64,000 nucleotides of DNA from Octopus vulgaris (lineage: Eukaryota). Position 1 is the stretch's first letter; each line of letters starts with the position of its first letter. The position numbers were made by a program, and so were the translations under genes. Below the pieces are notes generated by a model that was given only the letters and a program-made list of their open reading frames with translations, was not told the DNA's origin and searched no databases. The DNA lies in assembly GCA_951406725.2 (NCBI GenBank), contig OX597822.1, positions 60,264,001 to 60,328,000 of the forward strand, in the 5' to 3' direction. Shown piece by piece: positions 27,326 through 39,204 of this stretch.

Positions 27326-27471
27326 TACACACACATGCAATTTTTTTGCACAAATGGGTACTTGTCAATTAGCGAGTTAAGTAAAGCACGTTCACAGTTT
27401 CAGCGACCTGGTGTTACCCACGGCTGGAGTATATTTCCTCTAGAAATATAGTATTATATATGTGTGTGTGT

Positions 27472-27720
27472 GGAGGCACATGGCCTAGTTAGAGCAGCGG
27501 ATTCGCGGTGGAGGGATCGCGGGTTCGAATCTCCGACCGAGCGATGTGTGTGTTTATAAGTGAAACACCTAAGCTCCAGGCGGCTCCGGTTGTAGGTAAT
27601 GGCGAACTTTTGCTGACTCGTCACAACTTTCTCTCAGTTTTTTCTCCTGCATCTAGCAGGTGGGAAACCTATACGCCAATGAAATTGCGAAACCTGCCCT
27701 TATGAGCCAGGCATGACTAG
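27472..27720 (+). mobile_element. Family C-related SINE variant
   Basis: Head GGAGGCACATGGCCTAG..GGGTTCGAATCTCC, then GAAACACCTAAGCTCC and CACAACTTTCTCTCA shared with the 22454 copy; different 3' part. Confidence 0.75.
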
Positions 27721-27840
27721 AGAAGGAACAAACAACAACATATATTCTTTTATATGTTTCAGCCTTGAGGTTGTGACCATGCTGGGGCACCATACTTATA
27801 TACATGCATTTATCAATATATATATATTTGTATATATATG

Positions 27841-27886
<46 letters not shown>

Positions 27887-27901
27887 TTATTATATAGAAG
27901 G

Positions 27902-27952
27902 AGCTTCTACAGGACTAGAACTGTTTCATTCAAGAGAAATCTTCAGGAAGCT
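27902..27952 (-). ncRNA. Type I hammerhead ribozyme motif (inverted copy)
   Basis: Reverse complement of 28123-28173, inside the 96-bp inverted repeat 27885-27980 / 28095-28190. Confidence 0.78.
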
Positions 27953-28122
27953 AGTTAACAAGAATTGTATTGGCATTTATTCTTCTATCTAATTTAACAC
28001 TGACTCCCTGACCACTCCCCCAAGTATGATATTTTGCGCTATGCCTACCCCCAAAAAGTCCCCCACCAACACCCCTTTAAACCTGCCTAAATGTATAAAT
28101 GCCAATACAATTCTTGTTAACT

Positions 28123-28173
28123 AGCTTCCTGAAGATTTCTCTTGAATGAAACAGTTCTAGTCCTGTAGAAGCT
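28123..28173 (+). ncRNA. Type I hammerhead ribozyme motif with complete stem III
   Basis: Stem I AGCTTC/GAAGCT; CTGAAGA 28129-28135; short stem II TTC/GAA; GAAA 28148-28151; stem III ACAG/CTGT with an 8-nt loop; predicted GUA cleavage after 28167. Confidence 0.8.
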
Positions 28174-28253
28174 CCTTCTATATAATAAATTAATTTTACT
28201 CTGCTATGTATTGAGTACCTTATTTACTGTGGTTAACCCCGAATCAACCCGGG

Positions 28254-28316
<63 letters not shown>

Positions 28317-28599
28317 CATATATATACAAATATATATATATTGATAAATGCATGTATATAAGTATGGTGCCCCAGCATGGTCACAACCTCAAGGCTGAAA
28401 CATATAAAAGAATATATGTTGTTGTTTGTTCCTTCTCTAGTCATGCCTGGCTCATAAGGGCAGGTTTCGCAATTTCATTGGCGTATAGGTTTCCCACCTG
28501 CTAGATGCAGGAGAAAAAACTGAGAGAAAGTTGTGACGAGTCAGCAAAAGTTCGCCATTACCTACAACCGGAGCCGCCTGGAGCTTAGGTGTTTCACTT

Positions 28600-28973
28600 A
28601 TAAAAAATGAGACAGGAGAAATGAGAACATAAAAAACAAAAACATGGAAAATGAACTTTCGATAAAACAGGGAACAACTGATGAAGGGAATGTTCTTTAC
28701 GTTCCTTGTCTCGTTTCTCTGGTTTTTTTTTTTTTGAGGGGGGGGGGGTTATTGCTTTTTCGTTGTTCGAAAAAATGTTCGTTTCCATGTTTTTGTTTTT
28801 TATGTACTCGTTTCTCATTCTGTCTCGTATTTTGATGTTCTGTACCCATATTTGCACGTAAATATACATATATATATATAGGTATGTACATATATGTATG
28901 TATATATGAATATATTTATATATTATTTAAATTATTATATGATCGAACGCCACGCATCCTTTTCCAAGTAAGT

Positions 28974-29033
<60 letters not shown>

Positions 29034-29054
29034 GTATACATACACGCTCATACA

Positions 29055-29123
<69 letters not shown>

Positions 29124-29590
29124 AGAGTTTACGAAAAAAACAAATCATATAATAATTTAAATAATATATAAATATATTCATATATACATACATATATGTA
29201 CATACCTATATATATATATGTATATTTACGTGCAAATATGGGTACAGAACATCAAAATACGAGACAGAATGAGAAACGAGTACATAAAAAACAAAAACAT
29301 GGAAACGAACATTTTTTCGAACAACGAAAAAGCAATAAAAAAAAAAAAAAAAAAAAAAACAGAGAAACGAGACAAGGAACATAAAGAACATTCCCTTCAT
29401 CAGTTGTCCCCTGTTTTCTCGAAAGTTCATTTTCCATGTTTTTGTTTTTTATGTTCTCGTTTCTCCTTCTGTCTCATTTTTTTTTATGTCCTGTACCCAT
29501 ATATGCATGTGTATATACATATATATGTAGGTATGTACATATATGTATGTATATATGCATATATTTATATATTATTTGTATTATATATAT
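28600..29590. repeat. About 340-bp inverted repeat pair (28600-28943 / 29144-29487) of an internally hairpinned AT-rich element around a microsatellite spacer
   Basis: Near-identical ORF translations on opposite strands (MYIYVQIWVQNIKIRD..., MENELS...); each arm has an internal inverted repeat CATAAAAAACAAAAACATGGAAA/TTTCCATGTTTTTGTTTTTTATG. Confidence 0.85.
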
Positions 29591-29607
29591 ATGTATTATA
29601 TATATAT

Positions 29608-29779
29608 AGGCGCAGGAGTGGCTGTGTGGTAAGTAGCTTGCTAACCAACCACATGGTTCCGGGTTCAGTCCCACTGCGTGGCATCTTGGGCAAGTGTCTT
29701 CTGCTATAGCCCCGGGCCGACCAATGCCTTGTGAGTGGATTTGGTAGACGGAAACTGAAAGAAGCCTGTCGTATATATG

Positions 29780-29810
<31 letters not shown>

Positions 29811-29997
29811 CTGTGTTTGTCTGTATATGGTGGTGTGTTTACGTCCCCGTCACTTAGCGGTTCGGCAAAAGAGACCGATAGAATAAGTACTGGGCTTACA
29901 AAGAATAAGTCCCGGGGTCGATTTGCTCGACTAAAGGCGGTGCCCCAGCATGACCGCAGTCAAATGACTGAAACAAGTAAAAGAGTAAAAAGAGTAA
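29608..29997 (+). mobile_element. SINE family A, near-full-length, well-preserved copy
   Basis: A-box-like GTGGCTGTGTGG, B-box-like GGTTCAGTCCC, CORE-like CTTGGGCAAGTG, (TA)n(TG)n, and tail ending in GTAAAAGAGTAAAAAGAG. Confidence 0.92.
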
Positions 29998-30422
29998 TAT
30001 GTATATATATATACGCACAAACAAACATACAGAGACACAGAAAAAGAGAGAAAGAAAAAGAAAGAAACAAACAAAGGAAAGAGAAAGGTCGGTAGAAGGT
30101 AATAAATCGAGATTGAAGTCGAGGGAGTAAGAAAGGAAAGAAATAAAATATGATATACAAGAAAGCAAACTGAAAGTAGGATTGAGACAGGTGGAGAGAG
30201 TGAGGAATTGTTGAATGCAAGCGCGCGCGAGTGTGTGAAGAAGGAGGAGGAAAAGGTGAAGGAGGAGGCAGTGGAGGACTGAGAACAACGATGGAAATGG
30301 TGGTGTGACAGGAAGATTTGTAAGTGGAGGAATGAAAGCTAGGATGTGGAGGGATAGAGAGAGAGGGAAAGTGGTGGAGGTGGAAGAGGAGGTAATGGGA
30401 TGAAAAGAGGTAAAATAGGGAG

Positions 30423-30476
<54 letters not shown>

Positions 30477-30562
30477 TCCTACCTACCTCCATACATAAAC
30501 ATATTACGCACTGACGCACGCACACACACGCACATATTTATATTTATATTTATATGGAGCCT

Positions 30563-30599
30563 GATTTAAAGCGAGGCAAATAGTCAGTGGTTATCAGTT
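30563..30599 (+). promoter_or_regulatory. Candidate core promoter (TATA-like box plus Inr) of the PDZ gene
   Basis: GATTTAAAG at 30563 and TCAGTT at 30594-30599, with the Inr A about 31 nt after TTTAAA; followed by about 370 nt of unique purine-rich sequence before the ATG. Confidence 0.4.
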
Positions 30600-30966
30600 A
30601 GAAGTAACAAGTTAGACGGGATACAGATTCAAAAAGTGTGAGCGGGAGAGGGACAGAGTAAGAGAAAAGGAAAAGTAAACTAGAGAGAGAGAAAAAAACA
30701 TACAGCCACACAGACAGATAACTAAAAGATAGACAGAAGAAAGAAACTCTAAAAAGCAACAGTTGATAATATAGAAATACAGAAATATATTAAGAAACGT
30801 ATCAAATATAAGGGTCTATCTGGTTTATTTAGAAACAAATGTAATATAGTAGTGATTACTAAACAATATACGGACACATATAGCTAGCTATATATTGTAT
30901 AATATATTTATATTTGTATATAAATTAAGGGATATACCTCGGTGATTTAAAGTTTTGTTGTAAGAC

Positions 30967-31161
30967 ATGGATGGAGAATCAAGGGAAGCTGTGACTGTTG
31001 AGAATGGTGAAAACCACCCTGGACCAGTGCCGCAATCACAACCTGCCCCACCGAAAATTAAGAGAGGGTTTATCCGTCTGAGACGAGATGAGACTTGTGT
31101 ACAGTGGGGTTTTCGCATCATCGGAGGCTGCGATACGGGAATTCCTTTGCAAGTTATCAAG
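30967..31161 (+). CDS. First coding exon of a PDZ-domain protein of the PDZ-LIM (ALP/Enigma, Zasp-like) type; 65 codons, phase-0 donor
   Basis: MDGESRE...IRLRRDETCVQWGFRIIGGCDTGIPLQVIK matches the PDLIM signature WGFRLxGGxDxxxPLxIxR/K. Good start context (GACATGG). Donor AAG|GTACGT at 31161/31162 is at the position where PDLIM/LDB3 genes have their first coding intron. Confidence 0.88.
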
Positions 31162-31333
31162 GTACGTACCAGCTGTGCTGTGTAATTTATTCGCATTTAT
31201 ACATACATACGTGCATGCATATACATACATACATACATACATACATACATACATACATACATACATACATACATACATACATACACATGAATTTTATTCT
31301 ACTCACCGAACTAAGCCCTTCACTCCATTACGC

Positions 31334-31729
31334 TTTACTCTTTTACTGTTTTACTTGTTTCAGTCATGTGACTGTGGCCACGCTGGAGCACCACCTTTAG
31401 TCGAGCAAATCGACCCCACGACTTATTCTTTGTAAACTTAGTAATTATTCTATCGGGCTCTTTTGCCGAACCGCTAAGTTACGGGGACGTAAACACACCA
31501 GCATCGGTTGTCAGGTAATGGTGGGGGGGACAAACACGGACACACAAACATATACACACACATATATACGACGGGCTTCTTTCAGTTTCCGTCTACCAAA
31601 TCCACTCACAAGGCTTTGGTCGGCCCGAGGCTATAGTGGAAGACACTTACCCAAGGTGCCCGCAGTGGGACTGAACCCGAACCATGTGGTTCGTAAGCAA
31701 GCTACTTACCACACAGCCACTCCTACGCC
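31334..31729 (-). mobile_element. SINE family A, full length, in intron 1
   Basis: Reverse-complement match to 29608-29997. Confidence 0.92.
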
Positions 31730-31810
31730 CGCATTATAAATTTGGAACCCTTCGCGAATTTGCGTGTTGTCCTTAAACCCGCTTCAAAATAATGGCCCTA
31801 ATTTAATGCA

Positions 31811-31849
<39 letters not shown>

Positions 31850-33359
31850 GCACACACACACACATTCACGAACTCACATGTTTATAAATACGGGATGTAT
31901 TTACTTGTTTACACACTTAACAATATACTACCCATTTAAGCTTTAGTTACCAGTTTATTTTTCTATGACAACCGGTGGGATATCGCTCTTATATGACATT
32001 GCTATTCGTTCTTTCATTTGATATTATATTATGACAGCGTGAAAGATTCCAAATAATCGCTGTTACTCGACCTAAAAGAAATAGCAGCAAAATATTCCTA
32101 CATTCCTTTAGTCACACTTTATTGTCTTGAAGAAAGAAACATCTGTTTGAGAAAGAAAAAAACAGGATTTTCTCGGTTGGAATGCTGTTATGATTATAGA
32201 TTTGTTGGATCGGGGCTCAAGAACAACAGCGACAACAACAAAAAGAACAACGAGGACGGCAACAACAACATCGGCAACAATAACATTCAGTAGTTATGAC
32301 AACTAGTAAAATATCTGATATGTAAACACCTATTCATTCATTCATTTGTAGTTTAGAAGGCTTGCTAAGATTGTCAGAGTCCTACCTATGAAATATTTTC
32401 GTTTTTAAATTCAGGCATGGTTTATCTAAGACTACATTATCCAATGTGACCATTTTATTATTCTTCTTTTGTTTTGTGTCTGTTAAAACGATAAGGTGTG
32501 GTTTGAGGGATATTTGGCTTCTATTTCTTGCAGATGGGTGACCATGTAGGGAGGAACTCTACATTATGTTGTTTATTGATTTACTATGATAACCGGCAAA
32601 ATATCGACGTATTATTTATTATGCCATAGCTAAATCACTAGTCTAGGGTGCAGTAGGGTGAGGTGGAGTGGGGTGAGGTGGAGTGGGGGTGAAGTGGAGT
32701 GGGGGTGACGTTGAGCGAAGCTCCGATAACCATGGGTACAGCTCCTTCTCCCAGACTAAAATAATGAAAAATAAGTAAATAAATAAATCAAAAGATGATG
32801 AATAAATATAAATGTGCACTTTCGTTTCATGGAATATCCACACATACACACACAGACACACACACGCACACACATACGCACACACACACGCACGCACACA
32901 CACATACATACACGCTCACTCACGCACATACATATATATCAAAAGGCAACCTCTATATCCATCTTAACATGAGATATCCTCTCATATAGGCGTTTGATAC
33001 ATAAACACATACACACGCACGCACACACAAACACACACACACAGACGCACACGCACACACATGCTGTGTGCGTCTGTGTGTGTGTGTGATTTCACACCTC
33101 ATGTCGGGTCAATATAGCTTGTCAATCTCAGCCGGTAGACCATCTTAAGACATAAGGGAGTCTAAACACAGTCCTGCGGCCTGTTAGAAATAGCAAGCAA
33201 ATCTTCCTGAAAACAGGTCTTATAAAAGAAGACGGCGCTGGATGATAATGTTGTCCAAGGTGTGTTATTCCAGAAGAATCGACCATATGGTCATGGCTAG
33301 TATGACCTCTAACCATAAGTCTGTCTGCTCTGTCAGAGCTTACCTGGGGCTAAACAGCA

Positions 33360-33421
<62 letters not shown>

Positions 33422-33834
33422 AATAACTTTGATTTTCAGCAGCTCAATTGTGGGGGTAAGATGTTTAGGGTCTCACCTAACAAGTGGTTTCCCTAAGGCA
33501 ATCTGGAACTATCTCCGGTATTGTTCTGGTAATTCCTGTAACAAACTGGGGCTAAATGGTAAATGTTACCTATTCTTCGTTTGAATAATTTACATATGTT
33601 TCGTGATGAGGAGGAAACAGCCGCGTGTGCTACAGTTGACCCTCAGTTCCGTCCAATCTTCTCAAGGCGTGTGTATCGGAGGAAGATGGAATCCACCGTC
33701 AAACAAACGAGGTTTGAACTCAGAAACCCTGCATTTTATATCTCTTGATAATTCTCTTCTCATTTATAACAGGGTCGCATCTGTGCTGTTTTCTGAAACA
33801 GAACGACGCCTCAAAAAAAAAAAAAAAAAAAAAG

Positions 33835-34170
33835 GACAGCGGCCATTGTGAGGTGCTGCTATGAAGGGTTTAGTCGACCGAATTGACCTCAATAACTTAT
33901 TTCAAAACTGGTACTCATTCAGTTGGTCTCGTTGACAAACTGTTAGATTAGGGAGACGTAAACACCTGTTATCAAGCAGTGAAAACAAAAACCCACAAAT
34001 GCGCGTGCGCACACACACACACACACAATGGGCTTCTATGACTTTCCGCTTACTAAATTCATTCACACGGAATTGGTCAGTCCGAGCCCATCACTAGACA
34101 CTTGCCCAAGATGCTGCGCAGTGGAACTGACCTCAAAACCGCGTGGCTACGAAACGGATCTCTAAACCAT
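33835..34170 (-). mobile_element. Old family A SINE
   Basis: Degenerate GACACTTGCCCAAGATGC and GGAGACGTAAACAC motifs. Confidence 0.65.
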
Positions 34171-34705
34171 GCATCCAGCCGTAGCTACACTTGTAAAATG
34201 GTTTCTCTCTTTAACTCATTTCTTTCAACTGGACATCATAATCAAACACTTCTAATTATTCTGTTTCAAAAAAAACAAAAACAAACATTTCTTAATTACC
34301 CTCTGTGTTCGGGTAGGGTGTAAAGGATTTTGAATGAGTTAGAAATGCCATTCCTTGCTCAAGGACATCAGTTTTTATCTTATGGGCCCGTATCGTAATC
34401 CAATTCACGTTTCTGATACATCACGGAAGCTTTATTTTGTTGATCTCCCTCTAGATGAATTGTAGTTATAAGTGGCAGGAACTGAACTCAGAGTGAACCG
34501 TAATTAAACACTGTAGGCGTTTTGTTCGATGCTCAAACTATTCTGCCGATGATGAGAAAGTCGTTTTATTTGAGAAATCATTGAAACCCTCAGCGATGGT
34601 GATCGTATATGACATTCTACCAAGCATGTGCTTATAGAGTAAATATCTGTACATGCATGCATACATACATACATACATACATACATACATACATACATAC
34701 ATACA

Positions 34706-34738
<33 letters not shown>

Positions 34739-34785
34739 GTACGTATATGCATATGCACACACAACACAAACGGACACATATATGT

Positions 34786-34945
34786 GGAGGCGCAATGGCC
34801 CAGTGGTTAGGTCAGCAGACTCGCGGTTGGAGGATCGCGGTTTCGATTCCTAGACCGGGCGTTGAGTGTGTTTATTGAGCAAAACACCTAAAAAAACTCC
34901 ATGAAGCTCCAACAGGGGGTGGTGGTGACCCCTGTTGTACTCTTT
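34786..34945 (+). mobile_element. SINE family C, 5' portion
   Basis: GGAGGCGCAATGGCCCAGTGGTTAGG...CCCTGTTGTACTCTTTC. Confidence 0.85.
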
Positions 34946-35487
34946 CGCGTACCGGTTTCAATTTGACACATTACGTTCTTCGTTGAAATGGCTGTTCTTG
35001 TGCCAATGTTAGGAATCAATATATTCTCAAATCAGAAGTCGAATGGCAGTTTTGATTCATGAATGAGAGCCACTGCTTTTCACTTTAAATATAATTGTTT
35101 ATACGAAATGAATCAGTCACGAAACCCCATTTTTCTATCTTCAAAATAAAAAAAAAGGGAATCAAAAGAGGATTTTTGAGTTATTTAAAGACTTACATCT
35201 AAAAATTACAGTTGATGCAAAAAAAAAAAAGAAAAAAGAAACTATATAGCTAAATTTTTAGATATCACCTTAGATTTAGAAACAAAGAAATGCCATTTAG
35301 GAAGCCAAAAGTAATACTGCATAAATATATCTTGAAACATCCCGCCTACTGTTATAAATAATCTAGTGAAAAATATTAGTATTCGGTTATCCAGTATTTC
35401 ATCTGATATATATCTTCCTTCAACAAAGCGACTCATTATTATAATGAAGCGCTGAAATTCAGTAGGTTTAGAGATAAAATTAATTAT

Positions 35488-35519
<32 letters not shown>

Positions 35520-35529
35520 TAATAATAAT

Positions 35530-35743
35530 AATCTTTTCTACTCTAAGCACAAGGCCCGAAATTTTTGGGGAGGGGGACAGTCGATTAGATCGACCCCATA
35601 TGCAACTGGTGCTTAATTTATCGATCCCGAAAGGATGAAAGGCAAAGTCGACCTCGGCGGAATTTGAACTCAGAACGTAAAAACAGACGAAATGCCGCTA
35701 AGCATTTCGCCCGCCGTGCTAACGATTCTACCAGCTCGTCGCC

Positions 35744-35744
<1 letters not shown>
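35530..35744 (-). mobile_element. SINE family B (tRNA-like head plus Meta-domain-like body) in (AAT)n
   Basis: Minus strand GGCGACGAGCTGGTAGAATCGTTAGC...GAGTTCAAATTCC...GTCGACTTTGCCTTTCATCCTTTCGGGATCGATAAATTAAG, resembling the MetaSINE central domain. Confidence 0.85.
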
Positions 35745-35794
<50 letters not shown>

Positions 35795-35943
35795 CAATAA
35801 TAATACATATATTTATATATATAGTACATAAATACACTGCTTAATATCGAAAGAATGAAAAAAGAATGCTCAATACATGTTATAGAGGATGTTCTTTTCT
35901 TTTTTTTGAAACTGAAGTTTGTCTCGCGATTCGAGTTTCAATG

Positions 35944-36015
<72 letters not shown>

Positions 36016-36019
<4 letters not shown>

Positions 36020-36220
36020 TAATCCAAACAAGAAAGCACAAAAAAGAAACACAACAACGCGAGGACGTGGAACAAATATAGTATTATTGGACGCTCAGGA
36101 AAGAAGGAAAGAAGGAGGGTTTAACGTTTCAAGCGGAGCTCTTCGTCGGAATCATAGGAGAAGGGAAGACAGAGGAAAAAAATCGCCACCGGTACACACG
36201 CGGTCACATTTTGAATGCAA
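36016..36220 (-). mobile_element. (TA)n-embedded Penelope-like terminal fragment with a variant minimal hammerhead (36119-36153)
   Basis: Minus strand CCGACGA-A-GAGC-TCC-GCTT-GAAA-CGTT-AAAC (U4C core variant). Same family at 19823-19912; related at 48925-49110. Confidence 0.6.
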
Positions 36221-36845
36221 TATATATACGTACACGCAGACGTGTGTGTGTGTGTAAATATGTGCATATTTTTAATCATTCAATTAGGATAGATGCCAAC
36301 GTTAATGACCCTTTACAGAGTCGCTGAAACCGGTGGTAAGGAGGGAAGGAAGGAGGGAAGGGGAGAGGGGAAGGGAGAGAAGGAGAAAAATTATCCTTTG
36401 ACCGAAGAGCTGAACCGAATGCATGCAACAGAGGGAACTTCGCTATATGTATACATCTATAAGTATGTATATGCATGTATGTGTGTGTGTGTGTATGTAT
36501 GCATGCATGCATGTATGTATGTATGTATGTATGTATGTATGTATGTATGTATGTATGCATGCATGCATGCATGCATGCATGTATGTATGTATGTATGTAT
36601 GTATGTATGTATGTATGTATGTATGTATGTATGTGTGTGTGTGTTTGTGTGTATATATGCATACATACATACACACGCACATATGCTTATTTTGCTGAAT
36701 CCCAATTATAATTATGCTCATAATTATAGAATTTTTGTATACGTTTACCGATAATGGTTCTTTTAACATACCCAACTACTTGGTAAAATTATTAATTACT
36801 AATTAATTAATTAATTAATTTTACCTTTTATCATTATTGATAATA

Positions 36846-36908
<63 letters not shown>

Positions 36909-37740
36909 CATACGCACACACATATTTTAGTGCATTCCATACTATTCTAATGTTTGACAATGAAGGGTTTGGTTTGGTTTGGTTGATCAGTGGTCTCACT
37001 TTACAGTATCTCAGCTTACGGTATCACCTTACAAACGGATAATATTACACTAACCTATTTATATCATTTTTGCTCTGGCAGTATATCATCTTCACAGTAA
37101 ACAAAACTCGTGCATATGGCAGCAGATAAAACTAAAAATGAACTCGGCCATTTCAAGGAGACGTGAAATGGGTCGTCATGTTCTTTTTGTTTTTGCTTGG
37201 GCTTTTTTTTTTCTTTTTTGTTTTCATGTTGCTTAGCTCTTGATCAATCCTGAGTGAGCGGAGTCTATAGTCGCTGATGACCAGAGTATATTTGTCAGGT
37301 GTTGAATTTGCAGCAATGACTTATGGAACTAGATATTCAAGCAATCGTTTTATTTTAAAGATAGTAGGATATGATTTTGAAAGCAACTTGTCTGTTATTT
37401 CGGGCTCGATATGCGTTCACGATGTGACTCTCTCGTTGGCTTCTCAGGTTTGCATATGATGCTTTTGTTATAGTTTCACTCTAGGTCAACCCTGATATCC
37501 TCTAGACATACGACCAAAGACGTTCCGACCATGACCACATCGCTTCCCCAGTGGAATTCAGAGCTACGTTATGTAATACATTCTTCCTTTCAGACGGTAG
37601 GATATGATTTAAGGGAGATTTAGTCACTATTTCAAGCAGATCAAGAGCTATCTCTTAGGGTTGTGGTTTCCAACTGGGATGTCATAATCGGCAGTTAGGA
37701 ATGTCACAAGACTTGAAATTTAACACTATTGGCAAATAAT

Positions 37741-38140
37741 CCTTTCTATTATAGGCATAAGTCCTGAAATTTGGTGGGGAAGGGACCAGTCGATTATATC
37801 GACCCCACTACACAACTGGTACTTAATTTATTGACACCGAAAGGATGAAAGGCAAAGTTGACCTCGGCAGAATTTGAACTCAGAACGTAGCGGCAGACGA
37901 AATGCCTATTTCTTTACTACCCACAAGGGGCTAAACACAGATGGGACAAACAAGAACAGACAAACGGATTAAGTCGATTACATCGACCCCAGTGCGTAAC
38001 TGGTACTTATTTAATCGAACCCGAAAAGATGAAAGGCAAAGTCGATCTCGGCGGAATTTGAACTCAGAACGTAGCGGCAGACGAAATACCGCTAAAGCAT
38101 TTTGCCCGGCGTACTAACGATTCTACCAGCTCGCCGCCTT
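37741..38140 (-). mobile_element. Tandem dimer of family B SINE with a 17-bp target-site duplication, inside a possible old hAT-like MITE (about 37660-38240)
   Basis: CACTATTGG(C/T)AAATAAT at 37724-37740 and 38141-38157; two Meta-like bodies with different tails. Confidence 0.85.
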
Positions 38141-38919
38141 CACTATTGGTAAATAATGTCAATAAAGGTATTGGGTACTTTAAACATAGGTATGTCTAGG
38201 GGGGGAAGGAGTTGGGGTTGCAGAAACGTTGGCAACTACTGGTGTAGCGGGACGAAGTTTTCCACTGTCAAAGGTGCAGACAACTGTTCTGTTTTATTAG
38301 CAGCTGTATAATTTCCATCAGTAACTGTACAGTTTCCGTTAGCAACTGTACTCTTCCATTGGCAAAGCAGTTGTATGTAGTCACGTGTTTCGTCAATTAC
38401 ATCGGTCCAGTTACGTAAGCGGCATTCATTTTTACCTATACTGAACGGGATAAAAGACCATGTAAAAACCACAAAGAAGTTAACTAAACACCACAAATTA
38501 TTCAGTTCGGTTTTCTGCTGGTTCTACTATAGCATTACGTGTATTATTGATTCCTGACATTAACACAAAAGCCATGCGTTTGTAGAGGGGGAATATTGAT
38601 GGTTGCATCGATCACTATACTTGGTTACTATATATTTGATCTACAATGTATTTGTGGAGCTGGACTAAAGATTGTTACATCGATCCCTGTACCATGGTTA
38701 GTATTTATTTGATCTACCATGGAGGGGAAGTCAATGACACAGTCTCTAAGTGGTTGCTCGATTTTCTCGAAATAGTAACTAAGTCCATCCCCCACCGCCA
38801 AAATAAGGGAGGAAAGACTAGAAAATGTAGTTTTAGATACTCTAAACCTGAAAATGAGATGGTATGGTCATGGTTGGAATACCTTGTATCAGGGCAGAAT
38901 TAATATTAAACAATAACAT

Positions 38920-38950
<31 letters not shown>

Positions 38951-39160
38951 AACAACAACAATAACAACAGCAGCAATAACGGCAAAAGTTGAAAAATCAT
39001 TATTATGATAAATTACTAAAACGCTAGGTAACATATATAACAACAATAATAATAATAATAATAATAATCTGTTGTGTCTGGGGAGAGTCATTTTCTTTTT
39101 GTGCCTTATAATTTAACACACTCACCGGTAAAATTTCCACTTATTCCTTATTTTTATTTT

Positions 39161-39200
39161 CCTAAAATTTTCGTTGCGTCTTGCAACCTTTTCAATAGTT
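39161..39200 (-). ncRNA. Minimal hammerhead-like motif with U3-A8 core, inverted and directly 5' of the Penelope ORF
   Basis: Minus strand CTA-TTGAAAA-G-GTTGC-AAGAC-GCAAC-GAAA-ATTT-TAG. Confidence 0.55.
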
Positions 39201-39204
39201 TTGA

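Noticed and set aside
28671-28780. Hammerhead starting at GGAACAA-CTGATGA-AGGGAA
   Set aside because: No GAAA with compatible stems II, III and I could be placed by eye; left unresolved.
32645-32707. G-rich tract as a functional G-quadruplex
   Set aside because: Degenerate (GGAGT/GGGGT)n pentamer simple repeat; nothing beyond composition supports function.
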